From Haliotis rufescens (taxonomy: Eukaryota): 64,000 nt of DNA. The number at the start of each line of letters is the position of its first letter. Positions within the stretch are counted from its first letter, which is position 1. The notes under the pieces were generated by a model that worked only from the letters and a program-made list of their open reading frames with translations, was not told the DNA's origin and searched no databases. Position numbers and translations under genes: made by a program. This document shows, in pieces, positions 1 to 12,384 of the stretch. The stretch lies in NCBI RefSeq assembly GCF_023055435.1, contig NW_025963817.1, positions 1-64,000 on the forward strand, written 5' to 3'.

Positions 1-314
1 GGTGACCTTGACCCCATTTTCAAGGTCACAGCAGGCAAATATGCTTTTGCAGTTGGAAAACGGTGTTACCGCGATATCTCAAGAACTAATCGCTGGATTG
101 TCTTCATATTTGGTACTATGGTGTATATACAGGTGTATAAATTGTGACAAATACTTGTTTTAGTTTGGTTTTATTCATGTGACCTTCCCAACCAGACAAT
201 GTGTTGAAAAAACTTAATAAATTAGCGCGTTTAGCGCGTACTATAAATTAGCAATACGTGCCATTGTAAATACCCTTATCATTTTCCTGTCATATTATAT
301 ATATATACTATATT

Positions 315-612
315 CATTCGAATAGCGACTCATGCCCCTCTCGTGGCCATTTATTGCGACCGGGCAAACGGGCATACCTAAAACAATTGTCAACTCGTTT
401 CACACATATTTCATCATTTATTATATATATTTCAGGTGCAATTTATAGCACATCTGGACATGCGGAATTATACACGATGATTGAACACATTTAACTGTGT
501 CCTGTGTCATGGTATATTTTTAGATGCAAGTTATATGTAAAATCAAAAATTATTTCTGAGGGATTCTTTGATGAAGAACCTGAAATCATACGCGCATTCT
601 GATTGGTTTGTC
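315..612. repeat. Dispersed repeat with an inverted copy at about 51362-51660
   Basis: gaaatcatacgcgcattctgattggtttgtcg and about 290 bp of flank match in reverse complement. Confidence 0.8.
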
Positions 613-1173
613 GTATTTTCGCACAAAACATTCATCGATAGGGGGACGAGTCTTCTTGCAGGTTACGGAAAGGGGCGAGAGGTGACGAATGATATATATC
701 ATGTAGAGTTCGTGAGATCGATCAATCAGCTGGGGTAACTTCGTGGTCAAGTGTTAGTAACACCAGATCGGTACAACGTGTAATGCTCATTCCCAGCGTC
801 CCCGCTGTGATCATCACATGTATTCAATCAGGTGACGTATGGTTTCATAGAGGTTTTTAGCATCCAATACCAGCAACAAGAGGTCAATGCAGATACTAGG
901 CGCATCTATAGTTCAGAACCTCACAAGAAGGAATCTTAAACGCAATGTTTTAATGAAGCCAAACGTTCTCATAAACATTCTCATAAGGAAGAACGTACCT
1001 GCCATTGAATCTTGTGTTAGTTTCGGTCACTGAATCCGTCAGTGGAGTATGCACAATGCAGACAATAAATTAGTAGAGTCAACCTGTCAGTGTAGCTAAA
1101 GTGTATAACGTCCATAGTTGCTTGTTTGTTTGTTGGCACTGAGGCTGATTACTTGTTCTAATTCTTAGGAGAA

Positions 1174-1450
1174 TGAGTGAGTGTGTGAGTTGGGTTTAAC
1201 GTCGCTTTTAACAGTATTCCAGTTATATCACGGCGTGTCAGCTAAATGTGGAAGGGAAGCCCGAAGGTCTCAGATGATAACCTCCTTCGGTGAAACCCAC
1301 GAGCACGGGTATGACAAACCTAGAAACATAATCGGGGCGAACCGGGTTTCGAAACCCACAATCATAGGTTTCTGGTGTGCCCAAGGGACGCAACTCTGCA
1401 TAGCGAATTGCGGCTCCTCAGACGACTGGACCACCCGTGCCCCCCCCTCT
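1174..1450 (-). mobile_element. SINE-like family D with (ACTC)n tail (other copies at 54750-54990, 59350-59560 and the start of each triplication unit)
   Basis: Dispersed repeat gtgaaacccac(g/a)agcacggg...aaacctagaaacataat with a 3' tail similar to those of families A and B. Confidence 0.75.
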
Positions 1451-2454
1451 CAGGAGAAGGAGAGTTTTTAGAGAATCATAGGTAAAATATGTGTATATTC
1501 TCCCCGGAATCCCTGCGAACATATTTGGAATTATGGCCCCTTGATAGGACAAATAAACCTCTTTATCTATAATATATCTATAATAAAATGGTAGGTATTA
1601 CTTCCTGGTTTAGTATCATACGGAAACAGGCTTCATACTATTTGAAGTACTGTCCACTTTTCAACCTTTGTTAGTGGGACATTCTAGGGCAGGACATGCT
1701 TACCCATTTCGCTAACACCTGGTGTCATCACTGATTTTCAGTGATCCATTTATATAATTTTCACGGCTATAATAGAATAAAATTACGCACAATAAAATGT
1801 ATGTTTTATTTTTATTACAACGGCTTTTGCCGTGTCTGTATTGCTAAACACAATCCGTAGTTCATAATATGACAGACTAGTATTGTTGTCACCTATACAG
1901 TTACATGTATGTACGAATTGGAGGGTTGGCAAATCATTATAACCCGACGGCGTTGATCGTTGCACGCAATATCAATCAATGAACTATGTATCACGATTAT
2001 TTACACACCACCGTCATGCGTATAGATGAGTATCAATATGGAGTTTACCCAAAACGAACCACTTTAAGTTGAGATGAATTCTCGATTATTCTGGAATAAA
2101 TACCATGCGCGCATCCCATACAATAGCTTCACATTGAGCCCGTTTTGAACGGCACGAATCCAATAATAAAGCCAATCAAGCTACTCACGTGAACGAGAGA
2201 AACTATGTGCTAAGTTAGAGGTACCAGATGAAGATGGGGAGGGGATTGTCAGATTACGTTAAAGATGACTGCAGCGATTAGGGTTTGTTTTGGTTAACTT
2301 AGCGATATCAAAGCATTATAACGGTGGTAAGAAAATAAATTGAATCTGGACCAGGCAATCCACTGATTGATGAAGGTGTTTGTTGTTTAACGCTGCATTA
2401 AGCAATATTCCGGCTACATGACGACGGTCTGTAAATAATCGAGTCTGGACCAGA

Positions 2455-2850
2455 CATCTTCCCGAAGCAAGGGAGTTAACTGACTTTAAAAGTCCAGTTT
2501 CCACCCTTGCCGAACTAGGCTGGAATTCTTCGGCTCGATCGTAGCGCCACCAGTGGTTATTACGAGTCATTGACCTTCTGAGCCTCTCCTATGGACCAAT
2601 CAGATTCCACCTCTCGCACCACTTGCATTTGTATTAAACAAAATGGCGGCGCCCAGTCAAGACGATCTGATCGATAATCAAGTTCTATAGTGTGAAAAAA
2701 CGGGTCTTACATCGCGAAGTGCATCAAAAAATGGATGAGCACGATTTTGATTGGACTATGCATAGACTCGTTAGTCCAGCCAAAATGTAACTCCATAATA
2801 CCAGCCTAGTTGGGCAAGGGTGGAAACTCCTTTTCCTCGGGAAGAGGATG
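2455..2850. mobile_element. MITE family E adjoining a family-A SINE fragment
   Basis: Same internal sequence as 56220-56788; right TIR degenerate. Confidence 0.8.
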
Positions 2851-3303
2851 ATATCGTGACATGTTTGGTGTTTGTGTTTGAAGCGAAAATAAGTGACCAG
2901 GTAAATGTGTGTCTAGTTCATTTTGATATTGCCATTTGTTTAGCATGTTATGAGGCGACAAAATGGATCGGTTGGTTGGCATCGGTTACTCTGATTGCAT
3001 CATGTCATCTTAGCCGGCGAAGTGGTACACTGTTCATAATATCAACCACTGGTTTGTCTGACCTAGACTGAATGCAGCATTAAACAACAACCAATCAAAC
3101 AAAACCTAAAAGCTTCATCACTTGAAGGTTCAGATTTTTAAATTATAGTTTTAGCGATACTTATAATCGAAAACAAACAAATCAAATTTAGATAGTGAAA
3201 TGGCTGCAAACGAATATTTTAGTAAGCTTGGATTTTATTTATTTTTACGCTCACGATGTTTACATCAATAAAATAATCACCTTGTTTTCACCAACTTGTA
3301 TGC

Positions 3304-5799
3304 CTATCCTTCTATAGCAGCAGTTACATTTGCCCAAAACAGTTCTAATCCATTGCTTGTTTTAGGGTAGTCAAGAAAGCGACTATTTTGAATGTCATAC
3401 AGAATCTCAAGTGGAATGTCCTTATTAGGAATATCCTCAAGCATGATGATGACCATCACAGATCGGCCAGTAGACACACTCTCCATGTTGGCCATGTGTA
3501 ACTCATACCTACACCACTTCTTCTTCAGGAACGCCCGAGACAACAACAACACAGTTTTTCTGCTTCTTCTAATCCCGTCGATGATGTTCTCAGATATGGG
3601 GGCTCCCGGAATGGAGTCTCGATCACGGATATACAGGCGAGTTCCACGAAGGTGCTCAAGTATCTGTATCATGTCATTACGGACAAAGCCAAGGTCATGG
3701 TCGGCGTAGGATACGTAGACGTCAAAGTCAAACAGACAGATGTATTCGTTTCTGTTATTTCTTAGTTTCAGTTTGATAACATAAAACCAATATATAATTT
3801 TCCATCGACACCGGTAACAAAGCAATGATGACACAAAGAAAAGTATGAGTAGAAGTGTTGTGAGAACCCCCAGGGTTATTCCTAAGACATTGTAGCATGC
3901 GACTTTAAGGCCCGTCAGGATTGTTTCAGCATTGCCTTTCAATGGCAACGTGTTTCTTTCTTTGTTCACACAATAATAGCTCTGTAGGTTACTTGCAATG
4001 TGGGCACTCAATAACCAATCTAAGAAGTCAATATTCTCACAAGTGCAGTGTAAGGGATTGTAAGATAGATCTAGTCTCAAATCTGGTAACAATTTCATTT
4101 GAGACCTGCCAAACGGCGTTATCGTTTTTATATTGTTGTATGCACAGTTAATATGTATTAGATGAGTATTATGTTCAAAATTAAAAGAAAGGTTGAAAAT
4201 AGAATTGTAGGACAAATCTAGAATTCTAAGAGATCTTAAACCGAAAAGGAAATCTCGATGCAAGAGGAAAATACCATTGAAAGACATATTCAAATATTCT
4301 AATTTGCGTTGATTGCGAAAGTAGCGCCTATCTTTACAATGATTGTTCGGAAAACCAAATGAGTTGTGCGACAGGTCTAGATGTGTAAGAGATGTAAAAT
4401 GGCTGAAAAAGTGTGGCGATATGTGATTGGCAGAGTTGCCTGAGAGATTTAAATTGGTGACATTTTCCAAGCCAAATACTGGACCAGTCCAACGTGTAAA
4501 TGCATTATTAGATAAATCAATATATCTTAGTCTGTTATCCTTAAAACACATTTTCGATAATTCAAACGATAATCTGTGATTGCTTAATTTAAACGTTGTA
4601 AGATTTGGTGGAATTCCCAAACATGCATTTATATCCCTCTCCTTGGGAGGCAAGAATTCATTTGAGCCATCTTGGTTATCAATATCGATGTATTCATATA
4701 TAAGACACTGGTTATCATCACAGATGGAGCTCCACTCAAAGAATGCATTATGCTCAACAGGTAGTTTACCCTGTATCGGATGTTCACTCAGATCCAGATA
4801 TCTTAAACCCGAAAGGTTCTGAAGATTATGTACGTAATTCCCATATGTGAAGCGGGTACTCTGGATAGTAACCTTCTCCAGCGTCTTGGGTAACAGATTG
4901 AAAACATCCTCGTGAAATATCTCGATGCAGTTATTGTTAGCTTCCAACATGTATAAGGAGGTGTTCTGTAGATTGGCCGCAAGAGTCTTTGGTACAATTA
5001 CGCAGATACTGTTCTCTTTGACGATTTGGTTAATTATTAAGTTTCTGAGTTTGGAATTACCCAGTCCCGTCGTAATGTTCTGCACACCAAGAAACCCTAA
5101 ATCCCGGTTTCCCGATAAATCCAGAGTGCGGAGGTATATAAGTGAAGACAGTGCGCCAGGTTCAACGGTTTCCATTTTGCAAAATGACATGTTTAGAGAT
5201 TCTAACCATGGGAAGAAGTGGAATGTCTCCCCTGAAAGGTGTTTAATGTGTGAACCAGAGAAAGACAGATATTTCACGTGCATCCCCTCACTGTATGTTC
5301 CGTTCACACCCACCTGTCCAGAAGACGACGTGTTAAAGTCGATGGTGTTTCGAACGATGAAACCTTCTGTTACACTGATATTCAGCATCTGTAAGGATGT
5401 TAAAGGGGCCAGTACATCCGGAATGGGAAATGATGACACCTTATTGCCAGCCAGATCCAAATAGAGAAGTTGGTCCAGACCAACAAAGGTATTATTTTCA
5501 ATATCAGAAATCAAGTTAAAGGACAGATCAAGGAATGTCAAATTCGTGTACCACAGAAAGTCATATCCTTTGAGTGCAGATATGTCGTTTGTGCCGAGAT
5601 TCAGACCACAGATGCGGGTGTTGTTGAAGGGGTTCTTTGGTATTTCAGTTAATGCACCATTGCGGCAATCCGCCGTTACACGGCCTTCTGTGTCCGTACA
5701 GTCACAGGCTGAAAGGTTACAAAGATCGATGACCTCAGCCTTTATATGGCTGCGGAACATGATCTGTGCTAGACACAAAAGGAGGCATCTCAGATCCAT
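3304..5799 (-). CDS. TLR: Toll-like receptor (single-cysteine-cluster type), 831 aa, single coding exon
   Basis: Signal peptide (MDLRCLLLCLAQIM), LRRNT (CNLSACDC...ADC), many LxxLxLSxN repeats, LRRCT (NPLHCTCENIDFLDWL...YYC), TM helix (VLGITLGVLTTLLLILFFVSSLLC), TIR domain (FDVYVSY, RDSIPG BB-loop, SRKTVLLLSRAFLKKKWCRYE, LELFW). A likely splice acceptor (ttttattacag) lies at 5811-5821, just 5' of the ATG, implying an upstream 5'UTR exon. Confidence 0.97.
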   Translation of the reverse strand: MDLRCLLLCLAQIMFRSHIKAEVIDLCNLSACDCTDTEGRVTADCRNGALTEIPKNPFNNTRICGLNLGTNDISALKGYDFLWYTNLTFLDLSFNLISDIENNTFVGLDQLLYLDLAGNKVSSFPIPDVLAPLTSLQMLNISVTEGFIVRNTIDFNTSSSGQVGVNGTYSEGMHVKYLSFSGSHIKHLSGETFHFFPWLESLNMSFCKMETVEPGALSSLIYLRTLDLSGNRDLGFLGVQNITTGLGNSKLRNLIINQIVKENSICVIVPKTLAANLQNTSLYMLEANNNCIEIFHEDVFNLLPKTLEKVTIQSTRFTYGNYVHNLQNLSGLRYLDLSEHPIQGKLPVEHNAFFEWSSICDDNQCLIYEYIDIDNQDGSNEFLPPKERDINACLGIPPNLTTFKLSNHRLSFELSKMCFKDNRLRYIDLSNNAFTRWTGPVFGLENVTNLNLSGNSANHISPHFFSHFTSLTHLDLSHNSFGFPNNHCKDRRYFRNQRKLEYLNMSFNGIFLLHRDFLFGLRSLRILDLSYNSIFNLSFNFEHNTHLIHINCAYNNIKTITPFGRSQMKLLPDLRLDLSYNPLHCTCENIDFLDWLLSAHIASNLQSYYCVNKERNTLPLKGNAETILTGLKVACYNVLGITLGVLTTLLLILFFVSSLLCYRCRWKIIYWFYVIKLKLRNNRNEYICLFDFDVYVSYADHDLGFVRNDMIQILEHLRGTRLYIRDRDSIPGAPISENIIDGIRRSRKTVLLLSRAFLKKKWCRYELHMANMESVSTGRSVMVIIMLEDIPNKDIPLEILYDIQNSRFLDYPKTSNGLELFWANVTAAIEG

Positions 5800-6484
5800 C
5801 GTAGGAGAGTCTGTAATAAAAAGGAATCTGGTGAAGACGATTTTGAAGTGAGTGAGTTGTGTTTTAAGCCTGTATTAGCATAATTCAAGCAATATCACAG
5901 CAAGGCTCGGGACTTAATGTACACGGGACAGATAATCCGTACCTGTATGCAGCTCGTAGGTCATCATTCGTGACCAACTCTTGTTTTTCCGGGACTATCC
6001 GAATAGCGAGTCGGGCCCCTCTGATAGCCATTTTTGCGAACGTCACACTTTTATCTGTGTGATAAATCATACCATCACCTGTGTGATAAGTCACACCATT
6101 CATGATATATCATTTTTAATTTCTTTGGACTCGCTTTTTTTACATGACATATACATGTAAGAGAAGGTATACACCCAAGACATTAACATGAAAAAACAAT
6201 TGACAATCACGTATTCAAGCGAAATTAGAATCGAATTATGTCCGGTTGATTGTCACGAGGTCCTCTTCGCTTGCTTAACAAGAAGATAACGGGTATACTG
6301 TATCTTCTGTAAAGACGACTTTAATCGTATCGCAGACTTTGACGTCGCCTAGTGGTTATAGCATTTGCTCGTCAAGTATAAGGCCCGGCTTCTATTTCCA
6401 AAATGGGTACGGTGTGTGAAACGATTTCTGGTGTCCCCCATAGTGATATTGTTTGAATATAGCTAAATGCTTCGTAATACCCAA

Positions 6485-7370
6485 CTCACCCACTCACTCA
6501 TACACTCACTCACACACACTCAACACGCACTTATTCACTCACTCACTCAACACTCACTCACTCACACAACACTCACTCTTTCACTCAACACTCACTCATT
6601 CACTCACTCACACACTTAGCACACTCACTCGCTTACACACTCAACACTCACTCACTCATACACTCAACACTCACTCATTCACTCAACACTCACTTATTCC
6701 CTCACTCACTCACTCAACACTCACTCACTCACAACACTCACTTATTCACTCACTCACTCACCACTCACACAACACTCACTCACTCACTCACACACTAAAC
6801 ACTCACACACTCAATACTTATTCACTCACTCACTCACACACTCACTTAACACTCACACACTCAACACTCACTTATTCACACTCAAACACTCACTCACTCA
6901 CACAACACACACACTCAACACTCACTCATTCACTCACTCACTTAACACACACACTCAACACTCACACACTCAACACTCACACACTCAACACTCACTCACT
7001 CACTCACTCATACACTCAACACTAGCTCACAACACTCACTTATTCACTCACACACACTCACTCATTCACTCCCACACTCACTCACTCACACAACACACAC
7101 ACTCAACACTCACTCATTCACTCACTCACTTAACACTCACACACTCAACACTCACTCCCTCACTCACACGCTCACCCTCACTCACACACTCAACACTCAC
7201 TCACTCACTCACTCATGCTGCAAAAGCTCCACGACTTCTTGCACTGCTGGCCATGGGCTCCCCACGCAAGTCAAACCTTCGAGCCATGCACTCAACTCAC
7301 TCACTCAACACTCACTCCCTCACTCACACGCTCAACACTCACTCACACACTCAACACTCACTCACTCACC
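6485..7370. repeat. (ACTC)n-derived low-complexity array
   Basis: actcactcac/actcaac units continuing from the tail of a degenerate tRNA-SINE at about 6345-6490. Confidence 0.9.
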
Positions 7371-7850
7371 CATGCTGCAAAAGCTCTACGACTTCTTGCA
7401 CTACTTGGCTTCCCACGCAAGTCAAACCTTCGAGTCATACGGCCACTGATCTACTATTCAAACCCAAACCACTCACTATCTGTTTTGACGACTTACACCA
7501 CTGAGAGTGAAACTGGCGAAATGTTGATACAATGTTCCAATACTGACCTTCTGGAAGGGCGCTTGCCTGATTGTTACATATTAAGTTTGGGTACCCAAAT
7601 ATCCAAAAACACTACACGCACGCCTCCTGAAAAATATAACTGATCGAAATGCAGCGAAATGCAGGACAAAGACACATATCATTAATCAAACATACCATCG
7701 TAAATCATCCTCGTGAGCGGGAGCACGGGTTTCGATTTCAGACACACACCTCGCACGAGACCTTGACTTCCGCCAGCAAGGAACACTCGAGATATGAAAT
7801 TTCACTTGACCCTTCCGTTTTGGGTCTACCCGGCAGATTGCATTTACCTA

Positions 7851-7950
7851 CAGTAAACAACGGTTATAGCGAACACGCTTATAACGAATTACGGTTATAA
7901 CGAACTAAAATTAGTAGTCCCTTTGAGTTCGTTATAACCGTAGTTAACTG
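7851..7950. mobile_element. 100-bp Tc1/mariner-type MITE (TA TSD, CAGT termini); relative at 34181-34337
   Basis: TA-cagtaaacaacggttata...tataaccgtagttaactg-TA. Confidence 0.8.
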
Positions 7951-8030
7951 TACTTTATACCTCGGTCAGCAATGGAGAAATGCCACCTCATGTAACAAAT
8001 GTTATGTTTGGGATAACACTTTCTTATAAA

Positions 8031-8210
8031 GGGGGCGGTCGGGTAGCCTAGTGGTTTAAGCGTTCGGTCGTCACGCCGGGTTTAATTCCCGACATGGGTA
8101 CAATGTGTGAAGCCCATTTCTGGTGTCCAACGCCGTGATATTGCCGGAATATTGCTAAAAGCGTCGTAAATCCATACTCACTCACTCACTCACTCACTCA
8201 CTCACTCACT
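8031..8210 (+). mobile_element. tRNA-derived SINE, family B
   Basis: Same head, body and (ACTC)n tail as 48699-48862. Confidence 0.88.
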
Positions 8211-10346
8211 CAGTAAAGAACAGATTCAGACAGTGCAGACATGTGCTTTCACTGTAAACTACATACCGACGGATCCCTCCGCATGTGAAACTCTTATAAA
8301 GTTCTATCAGCCGATATTTATTTAAGAGTCCTGGCTGTCGCCAGTACGGATTTTGTAATATGAGGTAAATACTCAGATGAGAGCCTGTGTTTAAGATAGA
8401 GTCGTCTTTTATAATTGAGTGAGATGTTTTACAGTTGTTCTTGTGAATGGCGAGAAAACTACGAATGTTTCTTAAGCGTCCGAAAACCCATAACACGGGG
8501 ATAAATTAGACTGGGATTTTCACATAGAATGGATGCGTGATCATAAGCTTGGGGCTCAATATTTTTTTCTTGTTTGCAATACAAAAGACGAAAAATATAT
8601 TTGAATATTGAGATACTGGCATCTGCGGACCAGATAAACTTTGCATAGCTTCCAGCGTACTGCACTGCGTCATCCGGATTACAGATCCCGGCATCCTGCG
8701 CACCACAAAGTGGCTGGCACCATCTGATATGATAGTCACGTGAACTAGTGAAACTAATTCCAATATGGATTCACCCAGTGCTGGCCGAGATGCATGTCTG
8801 GCTCAGTCAGCATGACTGACACAGTGTTCCTTCCGCATATCTGTTCGTGATGGGGGTGAACGGGAGGTCGTGGGGTCAAAGCTATGGCATGTACTAAGAC
8901 GTCCGGGTGGACTTCTCACAATTCTTGACAGGTTACGGCTGGGCAGCTTTGATTCTCTGACTGAATTGTCAGGTCTCATAATTATTAATCTGATGATTTG
9001 AAAGAAATACTCCCATATGAATGTTAGCGTGGAGTGTTGAAGCCACAAATGTAAATAATCAAAGTTCCCTTTTCTTTTGACAATGTTTGTTGAAGGTTTA
9101 GGTGTAGGACAATGTCTTCCGTCAGATACACACTCTGAGGTTGTTCGAGCGTAGATTTCCACTTCAAAGTATTGTCAAAACACACGTTTGACACACAGGG
9201 AAACTAAACATGGAAGTGACGCCGGTCGTGATTACAATGAAACTATAGTGGACATAATGCTGAGAATGCTTTTTGAATATTGGAAACTTTGGGAGATCTA
9301 GCAGTCTAAACATGCTTGTCGTAAGAGGCGACTCATTGGATCGGATGGTCAGTCTGGGTGACTTAGTCGATTGCGTATCATCGTATACCGACGGCGTGGC
9401 ACATTGCTCATAATATCAGTCACTAGTTTGTTTGTCCATGATTCGATTATTTACAGTCCTTGTGATATACCTGTCAAATAGCTGAATGTGGCTTTAGACA
9501 TCAAAAAATAAACTTAGGGTTGTGAACTAGCTACGAGGAAGTTACCCGTAACAGAAACCCTATTCTGAATCGGACTAGTTGAATGTGAAGTTATTGCCAT
9601 AAGGTTTTGCACACAATTTATATTTTTTTAATTTCGTTATATTTTAAGCAGCCTTTTCAAAGCCAACATGTCTACTAAAGGCAAATATAACTGTGACCAT
9701 ATAAATGTATTGCTTACTGAAAAATATTTATTGTTTTGGTAAGTCTGACAACCTACCCTAACAAGTGGATCTTTCTTCTAACTGTGCACACAACGGACCA
9801 CTTGTCATTAATTTGTAGTTGTTTTTTGTGTGTGTGTTTCTTTAGTATTTTGTTGGTCATTTAACGCCGCTCTCGGCAAAATTCCAGCTATATGACGGAG
9901 GTCTGTTATAATCGAGTCTGGACCAGACAATCCAGTGATTAATATTATGACCAACGTTGCACGCCTTCTGGGTGTAATGACACGCTATTAACCAAGTCGT
10001 CGAGACCGACCATTCGATACATTTCGTCGTCTCTCGGGGTTCATCCATTCATGTATGACGGTAGTTGGGGTACGAAATGTTGATTGATGTTGGATATTGT
10101 TGACCCAGCTATATCCAAACTTGTTTTCTACTGAGTACCATCAAACGATCTTTTCAGTTTCAATATCAACACACTCATTTTGACGTTTGGGTATTTTCTA
10201 CAAAACAATTCTTTTCGCCACTGTCTGGTCGTATTTCTGTAGCTATACTTAAGCGTACGAGGTGTGAGTGGCTCAGCCTTGGGTAACCCGAATTTATCAT
10301 GTATGACAGTTGTCTGTATTGTGCTAGGTAAATATCATTTATTATA

Positions 10347-12384
10347 ATAAACAAACATGGCGTTGCCCAGGTCATTCGGCGATCGAGTAAGAATTAACCA
10401 TCGGGAATCTGGATAAACTACAGGGATAATTGCTATCAATTATCAAAAGAACAGTCTAATATACTGAAAATCAGTGTCTAACTGTGACGTAGCTAAGGCA
10501 TTTTATAAGTTTCGAAACAATTTTGCGAGGGCACGACGCCTAGCCAAGCAGGATCAGTACCCATATCTGTGCTTGTAGACCTCTGCTACTTGAAACCATC
10601 TCCACACATTAAAAAAGTTGGATTTGGCCGAAATATGTTTGAATTGTTACCTTGTTTCGTTTTGTCGCTGTGTGTACATCTGACTACACTTCTTAACGTT
10701 ATGACAGGACAGACCGACTGTCAACAACATCTGATCGTGGCCGTGACGTCTCATAGACTAGGGTTAGAGTAGCTTCCCTTTGACAAAGGGCAGCTATTCT
10801 AGCGGACAGACTGATGGATTGCTGCGAAAGGCAATTAAAAATAACTGTTGTTTTGCGTGTATGTTGCTTCGCCACTGTATAAGAAACAGATTTCAGTTGG
10901 AACTATATTGGCTTCTGTCACTGTCCGACTGACACATCACTTACCCTGTGACGTAATAAATATTAATACGCGCTTTCCAGGAAAACTCGCAATGTTTCGG
11001 TAATGTTTGTGAGAGAGGGAAAGCGATTTTAAAGCACAGAATTAAAGCATGACATTATATGATGAAGAGTTTATCACGCTTGTGTGTTTAGGGATGGTAA
11101 AATATCCTGCATTAGGAATAAAATTGTATTAAGCGAGCCTTGGCCAGCACACTCAAACACACTCGCGTGATAACCTCTATTTATCATACAATTGGTAGGT
11201 TTCACGGCAGGATAAAGCCCACTCTCCTACCCATGCGGCCGGCAGCCAGCCAGCATAGTACCTCTGCCACAGGCCAGCGCCATGTGACGATTCGTCACAT
11301 CTTTCACAGTCCATTTAAGATATTGCATATGCTTTTCATCCGTTTCATGTTTGACAAGTCTACACATTTTCATAAACAAATGTCAAAGAATGGTTACATT
11401 TCATTAAGAAAGTATGCTAATACGTAAAAATCTACTTGTTTTTGCGTAGTTATCCTTTGTTTACATTGGTTGTACGGCTCCATGTGTTGTCATCGAAGCC
11501 CAACGGAGAGCTAGCGATACGGTCACTTTGATGCATAAATAAATATTGTCATGCAACTCACTGTCGCAGTTGAGGTAGCATATCTATACAATTATGCAAA
11601 ACAATATGTAAAGCGCCCCCAAATACTTGCTTTAGTCCGTTCTGATTTCTGAAAAAGCGCGTTTGTTTACAAACAAGAGAAAAGTCTGGTCACGTGATAT
11701 GCAAATTAGCCTGTGGCAGTGGTGTTATGCTGAGTCACCACTGCGTCGGAGTGTTGATAAAGCCAACAGATAAAAACGATATCCGTTCGGGTCATATGCG
11801 GATAGAGATGCAAATATCAAAGGTCAAGTAGGGACTACTTTCAGTGTTTGTAAACAAACATGGCGTCGCCTTTGTCATTCGGCGTTCGAGTCAGAATTAA
11901 CCAAAGGGAATTTGGAGAAACTACTGGGATAATTGCTATCATTATTAAAAGAACAGTCTAATATACTGAAAATCAGTGTTTAATTGTGACGAAGCTAAGG
12001 CATTTTACAAGTTTTGGCAATATAAATTGCGAAACAATTTTGCGACGGCACTAGGCTAGCCAAGCGAGATTAGTATCCATATCCTTGCTTGTAGACCTCT
12101 GCGGCTTGGAACCTTTTCCAAAATAAAAAATAGTTGGAATTGTTACCCTTTTTTGTTTTGTCGCGGTGTGTACGTCTGACTGCACTTCTTAACGTTATGA
12201 CAGGACAGACTGTCAACAACGTCTGGTCGTGGCCGTGACGTCCCATAGACTAGGGTTAGAGTAGCTTCCCTTTCACAAAGGGTAGCTACTCTTGCGGACA
12301 GACCGGTGGATTGCCGCGAAAGGCAAGTAAAAACAATTTGTGTAGGCAATTGTTCTTTTGTGTATATGTTGTTTCGCCACTGTA
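10347..12384. repeat. Two ~530-bp direct repeats (10347-10879 and 11851-12384), probably partial DNA-transposon copies
   Basis: Both run from taaacaaacatggcg to ttcgccactg-TA, which is a CAGTG/TA-type terminus on the minus strand. Confidence 0.75.

Noticed and set aside
6453-7025. 190-aa His/Thr/Ser/Leu-rich ORF
   Set aside because: Translation of the (ACTC)n array.
10347-12384. LTR/TRIM retroelement formed by the two direct repeats
   Set aside because: No TG...CA ends, primer-binding site, polypurine tract or TSD seen; the ends look like DNA-transposon termini.
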